Program-made: the position numbers and the translations under genes
Shown: piece after piece, positions 11,978-24,511 of the stretch
Layout: the number at the start of each line of letters is the position of its first letter
Numbering within the stretch: position 1 is the first letter of the stretch
The notes under the pieces: model-generated
What the model saw: the letters and a program-made list of their open reading frames with translations, nothing else
The model's database searches: none
Told to the model about the DNA's origin: nothing
Assembly: GCA_051942165.1 (NCBI GenBank)
Contig: JAVECS010000010.1
Span: 1-49,333 of the forward strand
Direction of reading: 5' to 3'
DNA: 49,333 nucleotides
DNA from: Circinaria calcarea
Lineage: Eukaryota

Positions 11978-14085
11978 TCATCTTGCCTTCTCCGCATCAT
12001 GGTCATACCCGGCCTCCCCAGCATGACCGGCCTCGTCTGTCTCGTACAGCCTCTCCGGTTCCACATGTCTCCCTAAGATATACCGCTTGATGAAATACGG
12101 AACCTGCCTCAACCCATACGCCGCATGGGCATGCGTTGACATGCCGAACACTTGATCCAACTCTTCCAAAGTCTTACCCTTTGTCTCAGGTAAGAACAGC
12201 AGTACAAGGAAAAAGCCAACCATGTTCCACCCCGCGTACCAACAAAAGGCACCGGTGGTAGTGAAGGCTCTCTGTAGGCTGGGCCAGGTGATGGAAAGAA
12301 GAAAGTTGAAGAACCACGTGGTGGCTGTGGCAAGCGACATGCCCAGGGGTCGAATGTACAAAGGGTAAGCTTCTGCTGAGTAAGTAAACGGGACAGGGCC
12401 TGCTCCGGGCGAATAGACGATGCCAAACAGGTATATGCCAAGTGCAATACAAGCAATCCGAGCGGTATGGAGAGTATCTTCGGGGATCAAGAAGCTGAAG
12501 CCAGTGAAGAAGAGAAACAGAGACATGAGCGGGAAGGTGGTGAGGAGCAAGTTCCGCCTGCCAAAGGAGTCTATGGTATATATGGCTGGTATGGCAAAAA
12601 TCCAATTGATTATGCCGAAACCGAGAGACGCCGAGAGGGCTGAAACCTCGCTAAAGCGGGCATCCAGAAAGATCTCCGAGGAGTAATAGGCGATTACGTT
12701 GACCCCACAGAACTGCTGCATGAACATGACAATCTCAGAGCCTATCAGGGCACGGCGGTTTCGAGGGACAGTCACCAATTCCAGTATCTTATGTTTTCCC
12801 TTGACCACCACTTCATTCTCCGCATCGAGGAGTGTGTGCATATAGAAGACGTCGCGGGCGGCCTGAACTTTATTGAATCGTAGCCTGACCATGGAGCGAT
12901 ATGCTTTGTAATGTCTGCCCTGGGACATGTACCAGCGAGGAGATTCCGGGCACATGAAGACGAACCCAATGACGATGAGAGCCGGGAACATTGCGGATGC
13001 CAACATCAGTCGCCATCTTAAACCGGTAATGTTTGCAGTGTCCTTAACCCCGAAAAATGCAAGATCAGCAACGTAACCTAGCATTATGCCAAATGCTTAA
13101 ACCATGTCAGTATCAACTCAAGCAGCTGGGATCTACCAAAAACTTGCCCGTCCACATTTGCCACTGCATAACCAGCGCACCTCGGATACCTAGTTGCTAA
13201 TTAGCCTCGGTCTTCGTGTCCGGTTGGGAAGGCATGCATACCCGGAGGTGTCGTCTCCGCAGCATAGATTGGTACGGTAGCAGACTTCGGACCGATACCA
13301 AAACCAAGTGCAAATCGAGCAATAAACATGTGCCACCAGCTGTTCACGAATCCTTGCCAGAAGCACGCCAGTGCCGAGAATGCACACGTAATGAAGATTG
13401 TGCCACGCCGGCCGAAGAGGTTATTGAAGGGGACCGTCAGCCAGCATCCAATGAAGGCGCAACACAAATATGGCGCCCCATTAACCAGTCCGGTGAGCCA
13501 CGTTGATCGCTGGTCTCTGCCGGCGATGCCGAATTGGGGACGGTAGAAGATCTGACCACCATTGACAACAGTCTCATCTGCCTATTTGATTAGCAATGAC
13601 GATTGAAGTGTTGTCAAAGAGACTGCGCCTTGCTCACCCATGCCCTGAACTGCCGCGCAAGTCGAGCACAAGACAATAACGAGATACATGAGCTTTGGCT
13701 GAGACCATCGATGGGTAAACTCCTTTCGAAGCACTTCCAATTCGTCGCCGGTAAGACCGTCAACCAACTCAAACTTGGATGGATCCTGTGCAAGACATGC
13801 TCCGAGCTCGAACGCCCTGATATCCTCCTCATCGCCAATTTGGTATTTCTTGACATAGGTTGCTCCTTGATTCTTCAGTTCGGCGAACGAGTAACCTGCC
13901 AGTGGATTTGCAAGTTTAGCATTGTCGTTCCGTCGCATACGTTCGGCCGGGGTCATGGAACTTTGTCGGCCGGGGTGGGAGACGGAGTGATTGCGGGCAT
14001 CGTACTCCTGCTCTTGTTCATCGACGCGAGCCTTGCCGTCGAACTCCCCCGACGAGCTGTCGCCATGGACGTGACCTTCTACCAT
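11978..14085 (-). CDS. MFS sugar porter family transporter (myo-inositol/polyol transporter-like)
   Basis: Motifs AVQGMDETVVNG, FGRR, PIYAAETTP..IRGALVMQWQMWTAFGIMLG, PESPRW, QQFCGVNVIAYYS, IDSFGRR, PETKGKTLEELD. Exons 14085-13638, 13577-13242, 13189-13148, 13095-11978. Confidence 0.93.
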
Positions 14086-15374
14086 GTTGACGGAGATTTA
14101 AGACGATGCCTTTCTTTGGGTGCTTTGGGGTGTGCCGAAGGGCCGAGGGCAGTAGGAGGCTCTGACTGGAGGAGAGCCGGGTTCCCCGGGGAACAGCGAG
14201 GCTATGTGCGAATAAAGATGGACGCGGTAAAAGTCAAGCGGATACACGTTCTTGCTCAATCAACATAACATGCAACCGAATCGATACGACCAGGCAATGC
14301 TACACTTCTGTAACCGGTACGATGAATGGAAAAGGAAAAGGAAAAGAAGAGAAGGGTGCAGAGGAATAGATAGTAATACGGTAGTCGTAAAGTCAGCTCA
14401 GCTTCGTGCTCGGCAGCAGCGCCAAGCCCAAAGGCCATGTGCGCCTGAAACGGCAGGTGGGGCTTGTACTCAGTACACGGGCATTTGATTGGGCCCATGG
14501 AGAGCGGGGAATTTACATACGTGGGATCGTGCGGGAAAGGCGGAGAATACGACTACTACGCCGCGCTAGAGATGGCTGATGGAGGTTCGAGCTTCAATCG
14601 TATGGTTTGACCAAGGAAAGATGATGGAGGATGCCTCGTCCAGGCTCCAGGCTCCAGGCTCCAGACTTTCGCTGATTTGTGTTCAACAATGCTGATCCAT
14701 CCGGCCAGGCATCCCGTGTGTGACAACGTTCTTGGCCTCAGTTCGTGGAATCTCCATGGGATGCTTGAATATCATATATGGATGAGGGAAGAGAGATACA
14801 TCCAACTTCCAATGACAATCGGAATCATGGCTGCAGTACGGCTTAACCGAGCCTACTCATTCGACAGCCTTGTCCTTCGATGACTACTGGTACAGTAAAA
14901 GTAGGCACTAGGGTACGGATCCAGGTGAATTCATGCTGCCCTCTACCGGCTAAACCGAACCTTCTGACATCATATCAACCGCTAGCCATGGGGTCCGTCT
15001 CGAGATGGAAGTCCCTGCCGGCGCTTAGCATGCACCAGGTCTAGACCCAGAAGATCGACGACGAGTATCTTGACCGTTGAAACTATCCCATCAAATGTCG
15101 CAATCCGGGAAGTTCCCCGCCCTTCCGCTGCGGCAGATAGAGTAGTTCCGAGCCGGGCGTATCGTCCCCGTCCTGTTCGGTCGAATAGACACTCCCGCCA
15201 TTCAAACCGCTGAACATCACCGCTACAGCACATGAGTGTTCTGCTACGGCAGGGCAAGAAACTCGACGTGGATTGGACAACCGGCACGTGACACGGTCAA
15301 GGAGACAGCTAGGCCGACGACGAGCTACTTCTGCTCATCACCAAAAGTCTTCCTAAATGTTATCCCGTCACCCT

Positions 15375-18300
15375 TCACTTCTTCCCTCTTCCCCTGGCCG
15401 GGCCTGCCTTCGCTCGGCCCTTTCCCTTCTGCGGTCCGACATCCTCCTCGCTGTCTTCCTCTACCTCCTCCCCTTCCTCGCTCTCCACTCTTCCCTTCCC
15501 TTTCCCTTTCCCCGCGCCTTTCTTGATCGGTGCCTTCTTGGCCGCTGCCTTCCTCTTCTTTGGCGCTTGCACGTATTTGTCTTTCTTCAGGTCCAAAGGC
15601 TCTTCGTCGTCTGCCTCCTCGACTTCAGCGACCTCTTCCACGTCGTCACTCTCATCGAGTGCCTCTTCCAGGTCGGGCCGCTCCCTTGTTAGCTGCTTAG
15701 GCGCGACAATGTTACTAGCCTTCATGAATGGCAACGGATGACTCTGGATGTTGTACGTCCGGGTGAAGGCGCTCTTGGTCTGAGTATCTATTTTCACCTC
15801 CTCCATCGCCATCGGGCCAACACCCAGCTCTTGAATCGCGTCCCAGTCATCCTTGGTCAAAAAGTAACTGTCCATGAAAGTAATTATATCTTCGACGTGG
15901 TCTTTACCTCGGCTTTCCAGTTCATGCACTAGGCGATACCAGAGGACAGGGAGATACTGCTGCCGGATCTCATGGCGGTCGCCGGAAGAGCGAAGGCGCA
16001 TGTGGCCTTGAATCTCTTTGACCAAGCGGACGAGTTTACCTTGCACCTCTTGTCAGTACTTGGATCAACTGTATACTTGGAATTATTGTATAGAGGAGGA
16101 ATACTTACTTTGTTTGCTATTATTACCGAGCCAGGTAGGGAAGCGGGTCTGGCCGTGACCAGCCATACTGCCTGACATGAAGCTGGCAGGGCGGACAAAA
16201 CTAAAGACAGCATGCGTAGGCATCAGAGTCCAATGCTGCTGCGAGCCGTGGATCATGCGATCCACAAGATCTCCATCACTGATACTTGCTGCCGCTTTTT
16301 CTGCAAGCTCCAATACCTTGAGGTTTCTCTCCCTGCCTGCATAAGGTGTGGAGAGAATAGGGCTCGTCCCAAGGTAATTCTCTTGTAGGAAAAGCGAGCT
16401 CAACTCGTGGTCGTTAAAGTATAGCTGAATTTTGTCATCAAGGGTAGACGTACTACTTGGTGAGAACATCCCCCCTGCGAGGATTTTGTTCACAATATCC
16501 CAAGTTTTGAGTATCACGTGCTTCTCCCAGGCATTTGACATCTGCTTTCCCGAGTCGAAATCCAGGGCTTGCTGGTCAACCTTGGCCGTGGAAATCATGT
16601 TGATTATTTGGCGGATGTCTGCTCGACTGCCTTCAATGAGAGCATTGACGACGTTGGGTGGTATCATGTCCTTCATACCTTCACGGTAAAGAATGGTCAT
16701 GATTCTTCCACGCACTTGTTCTATAGTAGGCTTTCTAAACGGCAAGTCGTAGGCAACATGATCGAATGGCTTTAATTTCGGCAGCCTTCGCTCGTTGCAG
16801 ATCAGTATGATGGGAATATTGGTCTTTTTACAAACCGCTGCGAGAGCTCCGACGCCTCCTCTGTCACCTGCAGACATACCGTCCACTTCGTCCATGATTA
16901 AAACAAGCTTCTTCTTCCCTTCATCGACTCTCTTACCGTCTCCGGAGAAGTAGCCCAATATAGAAGTAGTATCCATGACGCCTTTGAGTCCGTTCTCGAC
17001 CATCTTCTTGCTCCGCGTGTCACTGGCATTGCTTTCGACCACGTCATAACCTTCGAGCTTGGCAGTCAGGTGAGCAGCGGTAGTTTTGCCTGCACAAGTA
17101 TAAGCATTAGTAATTGAAGAGTTTGCTACAGGAGCTTCAAAAAAAAAGTTCTGCAAAAAGGCCTTACCAATACCAGGAGGTCCATGGATAATGACGGCAC
17201 GGAAGCTACCATGACCGTCTGCACCAGCCTTCTTGAACTTCGTCCTTGCGTTACTTCGCCATGCTCTCAACCACGCTTGGAGCTTTTGTACCTGACCTTT
17301 ATTGCCACAGATCTGGCTGGTGGTTGTCGGCGCGTATTTGACAGTCCAAAGCCGACTATCGACGGGGTTTGAGTTGGCTGTGGCCGATTTTGTCGGTGTT
17401 CCCGTGCTATTCTTAGTAGCACCTGCGCCATCAGCGCTCTTTTCTTCCCTTTCCATCTGCTCCGCCATATCCTGAATCTTCTTCGATTCTGCTCGTTGCT
17501 TCTCAGCAAATTTCTCTGCTGCTGTACTGTCGCCTCCATTGGCTGGGAGCAGGCGGATAAGCTCGTAAAGGCCATCTTCATTGATAGTCTTGAGCTTGAA
17601 CTTCGCGATTGTTTCAAGCTTCTTGGGCCCGGCTTCATTTCCAAGCACAACATAGCTAGTTTTGCTGCTAGGAGACGTAGTAACTTTACCCCCATATCTT
17701 TTGACAAGCTCCTGGCCTTCCTCCCGACCTAGCGTATCAAGTAGCCCAGTGAACACAAAAGTTAGACCGGCAAGACAGTTCTCTGCTCCTGTAGGAGGCT
17801 CTTTGGTTCCAGCTCCAGGGGCTGGCTGTGAATTCTGAACACCATTGCGAAAGTCAAACTTCTTATCCGCATCACGTGCAGGAGGTGTGGGAGGACGTAT
17901 CAATGGTATTTTATCAAATATATCTTGCATCCCCTTACTCTCAACAACCGGCTCCTTTGTACTGGTTCGCGCCTTTTTAGCCGTAGGCTTCTTAGTAGGA
18001 GAGTCTTTTACACTAGAAGTATTCTTCGCTCGTGGTTTAGAGGTATCATTATTTGCGTCATCATCATACACCTCAACTTCAGCAGATTTCCGCTTTCGAC
18101 CTCTGGCCTTCAATCCATTAACCGGTTTCGAAGAGATTATCCTTTCCTCTGCGTCAGGTACAACGAAATCATCGCTTGGTCCCGCATCTTTCATGTCCAC
18201 ATCTCCGGAGACAGGGATTTTGCGCTCTTCTCTCGCTTGGGATGTCTGGGTTCCTCTCTTGCGGCTCTTACGAGTAGGTTTGACGTGCTCCTCTTCCTCG

Positions 18301-19169
18301 CTATCACTTTGGTAGTCATCCTCCATCTTTCTACCACTTCGCTTGTAATCCGCATGGTGAATATCTTCTCCCGAGTCATCGTCCAGATTGGCGGTAGGAG
18401 TATTGTCGCCATCTCCTGAAAGCTCGGCATATTTTGGCTTGGCCTTTGCGCGTGCAGAAGTGCGGCCTTTTCGGGCTGAATTTGATGTAGACGCAGTCTT
18501 GCTCTCTGGTGTAGTGTTCGCAACCGCTCTCTCGTTCGTGGACTGGACTGCTTTTGGCTTGGCTGGAGTAGACCGAGTAGTTTTACTTTTGTTGCTAGAT
18601 GCAAAATAATCCGAGGTTGTCGTCACTTCTCCAATAGGCGACTGAGGCTGCCTATCGTTCTCTTCTTAGCTATTAGACATGTATTGGGATCGGCGTGTCA
18701 ACATACAATCGCTTCCGAGGCACCGCTTTCTTTGGCGTTGGTATTTTCGGGCTAACTGTCATCAGCATTTGAACCTTGATAGGTAGGTCCGGATCACATT
18801 ACACAGGTATCTGTGCCTCATCGTCACTGTCGCTGACGACCTTACGTTTGCCTGCGCGGATTAGGATCGTGAGATGTAACAAGTCGGAGCATAGAAGCAT
18901 ACCTCTTCCTTTAGGCTTGGCTGCTGGAGTCTGCAAGCGAGTGAAGGCCATGTCAGTATTAACCATGCATAGGGTAGGATCGAGGTGAGATATGGGTCAT
19001 ATCTCTGGGTGGTGGGGAAGGCCCATGTTCGCGAGATGTATGTCTCTCGAATCTAGCACATTGGGTGCAAATATGTACGTACATCACTGTTCTTGGATGG
19101 TTTCTCCTGGCTCGATACGGCTACTTGGCTGCCCTTTCCCCCAAAGAAATTCCTGATATCAGAAGGCAT
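15375..19169 (-). CDS. RFC1: Replication factor C large subunit
   Basis: N-terminus MPSDIRNFFG, BRCT domain (CLAGLTFVFTGLL..REE..LVKRYGGKVT), LWTVKYAP, Walker A GPPGIGKTT, Walker B IMDEVDGMSAGDRGG, RFC1 C-terminal TKSAFTRTYN. Exons approx. 19169-19083, 18930-18903, 18851-18803, 18751-18707, 18650-17168, 17089-16109, 16039-15375. Confidence 0.96.
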
Positions 19170-19481
19170 GATCAACTCAGAGAATCTGAGCGAGGCAGTT
19201 CTATGCAGATGCTCTTCCGACCAATCCGCGTAAGTAGAAAGAATGCTAAAGCTGCACGAAACCCACGGAATTGCAACACTGTAGCAAATACATAAGCAGC
19301 AGGTGTTGAAGGAAATAGGTAGGCACGGTGGGGACTCTGTTGAAAGAACGCGCTTCCGCTTCGCGATGACGACAAAAAAGGGTTGGTCCGACAGCTGCAC
19401 TAGCTTGGTTCTGTAATACGTACGGAGTACAAGGCTTTCACGTGGGAGCACTTCAATTCGTAGTTGCACGTCACCGTCAGT

Positions 19482-20292
19482 ATGAAGCCTCGAATAGAAT
19501 CTGCAGTCAGATCACCAATGTTCAACTGTCTCTCACTACGTCCCATATGCCATCGTACGTCTTCAATGAACATACCCGTAGCTGATGCTGCTAACTTCCC
19601 TTTTACCCAAGGCTTTCATCAGGTACCCATACACACTGTTCCTAGCCGTGCTTTTTCGACAGCACCATCAAAGCTCAACTGGCTTGCTCCAAAACGCGGC
19701 CACAAGGTCAAAAGTAGAAAGGGTAGACCCCGAGTACCCACTGGCGGTAGCACGCGGGGGACAACTATTGTATGGGGAGATTATGGCCTACGAATGCGGG
19801 ATCACGACAGGCGCGTCTCCGCAGCGCAGCTTGCAAATGGCGCAGAGACGATTAAGAAGCGGTTACGAGGTCAGAAGTACCGCTTGTACACTCGGGTCTG
19901 CGCCAACATCGGGGTCTACACCAGTGGGAACGAGGTCCGTATGGGGAAGGGGAAAGGAAGTTTTGACTATTGGGCGAGCAGAGTAGCAGTCAGTAAGATC
20001 ATATTCGAGCTGAAAGGAGAGCTTCATGAGCAGATTGTGAGGGATGCGTTCAGGCTCGCCGCGAACAAGATGCCCGGTAGGTCATCTTCTCCCTCTAGCA
20101 CTAAAGTTTCGTGTGCTAATCCACAAAGGACTATATGAGTTTGTAAAGAAAGGAGATCCGCCGGTCATGGGTATCACGAGGGTTGGAGAGGGTGTGACCC
20201 TAGAAGATATGAAGAGACCACGGGTGAAAGTTCCTGGGACAGTCAATGCAGTTGGAATACCAGCGACAACCTGTGTAACGATGGAGACATAA
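19482..20292 (+). CDS. MRPL16: Mitochondrial ribosomal protein uL16m
   Basis: KSRKGR..VPTGGSTRGTTIVWGDYGLRM and NEVRMGKGKGSFDYW are uL16 motifs, preceded by a basic presequence-like N-terminus. Introns 19555-19611 (probable) and 20077-20128. Confidence 0.94.
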
Positions 20293-20381
20293 ATCGGAGC
20301 AATTGTTCCACATTTAGCTTTTCCCAAGCTTATCTGTAACCGTCTCCTAGCTCCCTGCCGTCTACACATCCGAGAGGACGC

Positions 20382-20710
20382 TCAAGCCCCAACACCGGAT
20401 CCTTTACCATAGCCTTGCTCCTGACGGCTTTTCTCTGCATTTTCTTCGCCCTCCTGCACTTCTGTTAGGCCGAAGCCATCTATGCGATCGTTGAGCATTA
20501 CATATTCTAAAGATGGAATTGATGCCTACCTTGGTTCGCAACCCCACTATTACCGGTGGTTTCTCCTCCAAATCCATGCTCGGAAATAGCTTCACCATAT
20601 CTTATGTTCTCTGCCGTCTTCTGGCCCCTTTTGCCCTTCTGTTGTCCGGCTTCGGATGGTACTGCATCAGGTTGAGTCTCCTCTATGCAGGGCTCAGCCT
20701 TTGTTGCCAT
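20382..20710 (-). CDS. Small Gly/Glu/Gln-rich hydrophilic protein (92 aa), function unknown
   Basis: Exons 20710-20530 and 20479-20382, joined by a GTAGGC..TAG intron, give MATKAE...QKTAENIRYGEAISEHGFGGETTG...RQEQGYGKGSGVGA*. The total is 279 nt and in frame. Confidence 0.75.
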
Positions 20711-21139
20711 GATATGCTCCGTAACCAGTTACGAACCGCCCATTTGCCCGCCTTCCTTTGAATGCGGCTTTGTTACAGTATGAATCGATTCGTACCTGGA
20801 TGTCAGATCAATTCCTAGGTCATAAATGTGTCAAGGCGGTATTATTTTACTGTGTGCTTTCACCACCAGCTTCCGTTTCCATCAGACCGGACGACATGGC
20901 GGTTGAGTAGGAGGTGATAAGATTAATAGTAGCAGCTACTGTTGCTGTGAAACGTTGGAGCTTGGTTGCTATTCTCGGAGTTGGGTAGGATCAACAAATA
21001 AAACCGTCTCTCCTCGATAGCCTCAAGAATGACGCAGTTGTTTTCTCGGGTAAAGTCCCAACGCCAGAAAATGCCAAAGCCCGAAATATGTGCCTAACCG
21101 CTTTACTACACTATCCGTACCACTTCTCATGATATTCAC

Positions 21140-22481
21140 TCAGAATTCCATACCCATTAAATAACTATCGATATCGAATAAGCATTACGATGACACCAAT
21201 CCAAGAGATGGTAATACCTTTCGAGGACGCGCATAAACTTGGCAACGAATGCTTCAAGATGGAAAATGTGTTTCTAGGTAGAAAATTCATTAACCGCTGT
21301 CTAGGATAGAACTCACCGCTAGACTTACACTGCCTAAACGGATCCGATGCTCATAGAATGCAGACCACTTGATTATATCTGCCTTGAGTGCGTCGTCAAT
21401 CTTCGGTATTAGCTTGAACGTCAGGGTCTAGCTCAGATCAGCCAGCTGCCCAGTCCCTCTCCAGGGAGTGGATGGAAATAAGAAATACTTTGAGAATAGT
21501 GGTAGGGGGAATGCAATGGCTGAGCAGATCATAGAGTTTTGCGCGAACTTGCAATATTCGCGCTGGCGAATGCTCTGCCATAATCTCATCTGCAATTTGA
21601 CCAATGAGAGCTTCCCAGTCCGGTGGAGGTATTGGCGTGGAGTCTGTGACTTTTTCACTGTGGGTCTCCCAGTTAGTGTGGATTCGAAACCTGCCGCGTG
21701 CCTCGCATATCTTCACTTTTGGGCATGGATAGCTTCAAACATTAGCAAGGCACGTCGTAAATTCCTCCCACTCTCTCTGGCGATTCGCCGGTTGAGACCC
21801 TCAGCCTCAGACCATCCTTCCTTACTGCCAACTTTCCGGAGTACTTGACAGATCTCAGCCTCCGTCGGCGCAGCTACCCGAACAAGCAGCGTCCTCGATC
21901 GGATAGGCGCTATGATATTGGCCGTACTGTTTGCCAGTAGAATAAGTCTGAGGTTTGGACTATATTTCTCCATGGTCCTCCTTAAAGCTGCCTGAGCATC
22001 CCTGGTGAGGTGATCGGCTTCATTGATGACCACAACCTTGAAGCGCTGACGGGCAGACTGGTCGACTTGTTGAGTCTGTGCGACTTCCTTCAGAAGGTCT
22101 TGTACGACCACTCGATCAAAATTTCCAACATCAGAGGGCGTAATTTCGAGATGATATACGGAGGCGACGATATTGAATTCGAGTTTGCGGTTGGATGTAG
22201 TCTGGAAGACTCGCGAGTCGATCTTGATTTTTTCCACGCCCGGTCCGTAGAGCTCCTTGAGTGTTGCAACGATCCTAGTCTTTTTGCCTGCGCCAGAAGG
22301 CCCGTAGACGAGTAGATGCGGGAAATCTCCGCTTTGCGCCTGCTCAGAGTTCTCAGCGCCACAGAAACGGAAGCTAGATTTGGGCGTTTAATACAAGGCT
22401 TTTGAGCCTCTCTGACAGGTCTTGATGGTAAGTCAAAGCGTCTAACGACCGGGGCCGATGTTTGTCGACTAAGAGTGCCAT
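21140..22481 (-). CDS. RFC5: Replication factor C small subunit (yeast Rfc5 / human RFC3 type)
   Basis: MALLVDKHRPRSL, PHLLVYGPSGAGKKTR, VVVINEADHLTRDAQAALRRTMEKYS, IRSRT, FHLEAFVAKFM. Exons 22481-22395, 22339-21717, 21657-21489, 21427-21329, 21273-21218, 21164-21140. Confidence 0.96.
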
Positions 22482-22549
22482 ATTGATGCTCAGACAGAGA
22501 CGATGATTTGGAGGGGTGCAGATTGTAGACAACTGTGGGGAGGCGCGAC

Positions 22550-22558
22550 TTTTCGCGT
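22550..22558 (-). promoter_or_regulatory. MCB/SCB-like cell-cycle box (ACGCGAAAA) upstream of RFC5
   Basis: TTTTCGCGT on the + strand, about 70 bp upstream of the RFC5 ATG, with a second CGCG nearby. MBF/SBF-type boxes are typical of replication genes in yeasts; function here is inferred. Confidence 0.4.
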
Positions 22559-22761
22559 CAGGTCAATATCCGATGGCTCGTGTCAGCCCTACCGTGTAGG
22601 TATTATTTATAAGTAACCAGTCAGACCCCTACATCCATCAGCACGGACTCTTTGATTAAAGTGTGGCTTCCCGAAAACCCTTTGGTTAAGGCGTGGCCCA
22701 AGCTCTATGACGATCCTGTATATAAACCGTCATATACAGCCATGATGCTCTGGAGTGCGTA

Positions 22762-23659
22762 ATGAACACCATTCTGTTTAGGCTGAGTCGACGTCCTACC
22801 TTCGAAAATTCAATCACCTTCTGCCTGGCTGGGGCAAGGAGCTCTCCTTCTCAGCGGTCTATAGGCCGTACCGCTACAAGGCAAATCTCGAGTACTCCGA
22901 AATCCAGGCAAGATGTGGCCCCAACCATGGAGCAGTTGCGCGCTCCGTTCTACCGTCAGAACAGCTCGACATTGTGAGATATACCCAATCCTAGAGATGT
23001 TCCGCGCATGCTGTCTGACAAATGGACTCTAGATATTATACAATAAGCATCATCCTCGGGACCGTTGCCATATCTTATGGATCCGTCCCTATGTACAAGA
23101 TGGTACGTATAGCCACCAATCCAACGTAACAGATTGGCATCTCATCTCTTTGTTTTAGATCTGTCAACAGACAGGATGGGGCGGTCAACCCATCAAAGCC
23201 TCCATCCACTCCCAAGCCGAAGATCCCGCTTCTCGATTGCAACCTGTTACAAACGCCCGCCGATTGCGCATCACGTTCAACGGATCCGTGTCCGATGTAA
23301 TGCCCTGGAAATTCACGCCCCAGCAACGCGAAGTCCGAGTCTTACCAGGGGAAACTGCTCTGGCCTTCTACACCGCAACGAACAAGAGCGACGAGGACAT
23401 CATCGGGGTAGCGACATATAGTGTCACGCCGGGGCAGGTAGCGCCTTATTTCAGCAAGATACAATGCTTCTGTTTTGAGGAACAGAGGCTAAATGCGGGG
23501 GAGACAGTGGATATGCCGGTATTCTTCTTCATCGATCCGGATTTCGTCAATGATCCTACGATGAATAAGATCGATACTATTACGCTGTCTTATACGTTCT
23601 TCAAAGCTCGCTACGACAAAAATGGCAATCTTACGCCTATGCCATTAGGGATGGGATGA
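22762..23659 (+). CDS. COX11: Cytochrome c oxidase assembly copper chaperone
   Basis: SYGSVPMYKMICQQTGWGG, WKFTPQQREV, PGETALAFY, YFSKIQCFCFEEQ (CFCF copper motif). Exons 22762-22973, 23033-23102, 23159-23659. Confidence 0.97.
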
Positions 23660-24511
23660 TTGAAGCAGTGTTACATCTCGGTTAAGTGGCCATTCGGATG
23701 TTAAGCAGGCTTGCGCTACTCAAAGGGGCAGTATCATCTATGCCCTTTGTGTTTCATGCATCATAGCTGTTATGATCAGGAAATCAATGCCAGTTATATA
23801 CCTATAGGGTCCACTTAATTGGTTCAATCTACACTTTTGCAATGATTTTGTAATGACTTTTCTGTCTACCTCCTTTTCGCAAAGCCAGAATCTGTACCAC
23901 CCCTGTATGCTCAAGTCTCTGGCTTGCTCGACGTTTTTTCACATGCTTAAGGTAAGAAGTTACTCATAAATTCGGACCTTTTTTATTAGTTCCTGCAGAC
24001 ACTTGTATACAACTCGAGACCGCCAACAACATAAACCCAATTCATTACTCTTCCCAGGTGAAACGCCCTTTGACTTTTTGCAAGACTACCAGACCTTTCC
24101 GCCCTGTCTCTATGTGGTTTCTGTAGAGACCTCTATGTTTCTCCTGGGAACCCTCTATATAACTTCTCATCCAGCTACTTGCATTTTACCTCATATGTTT
24201 TAAACGGATGAAGAGTGACAACTGCTAGAGTGCAGATTGAATGAGCTAGCGTTGGTGAAAGATCCGGGGTATAGTCACAAGAAGCATGACAAACATTCTA
24301 TCATCATCGTGGTCGTTGGTGACTTAAGGCTCCAATTTTCCTACTTCGGGCTTGATCTCAGCTATTCTGCTGAAATGAGATTTTGGGGAGGAACAAAACT
24401 AATTTGTAGGACGAATAGAAAGCTACGCTTAGTGCCTTTTGTGCCAGAACTAGATTCATCTCGAACATGAAACAGCGTTCTCAGGTGAACAGTTTTGAAC
24501 GTTGCAGGCGT

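Noticed and set aside
14639..14665. Short tandem repeat (TCCAGGC)x3-4 upstream of the MFS gene
   Set aside because: Simple slippage-type repeat with no spacers; not CRISPR-like or otherwise informative.
23952..23998. Intron-like GTAAGA...CTGCAG between COX11 and the TMEM135-like gene
   Set aside because: No properly placed branch-point consensus, and the spliced ORF would be a featureless ~26-mer.
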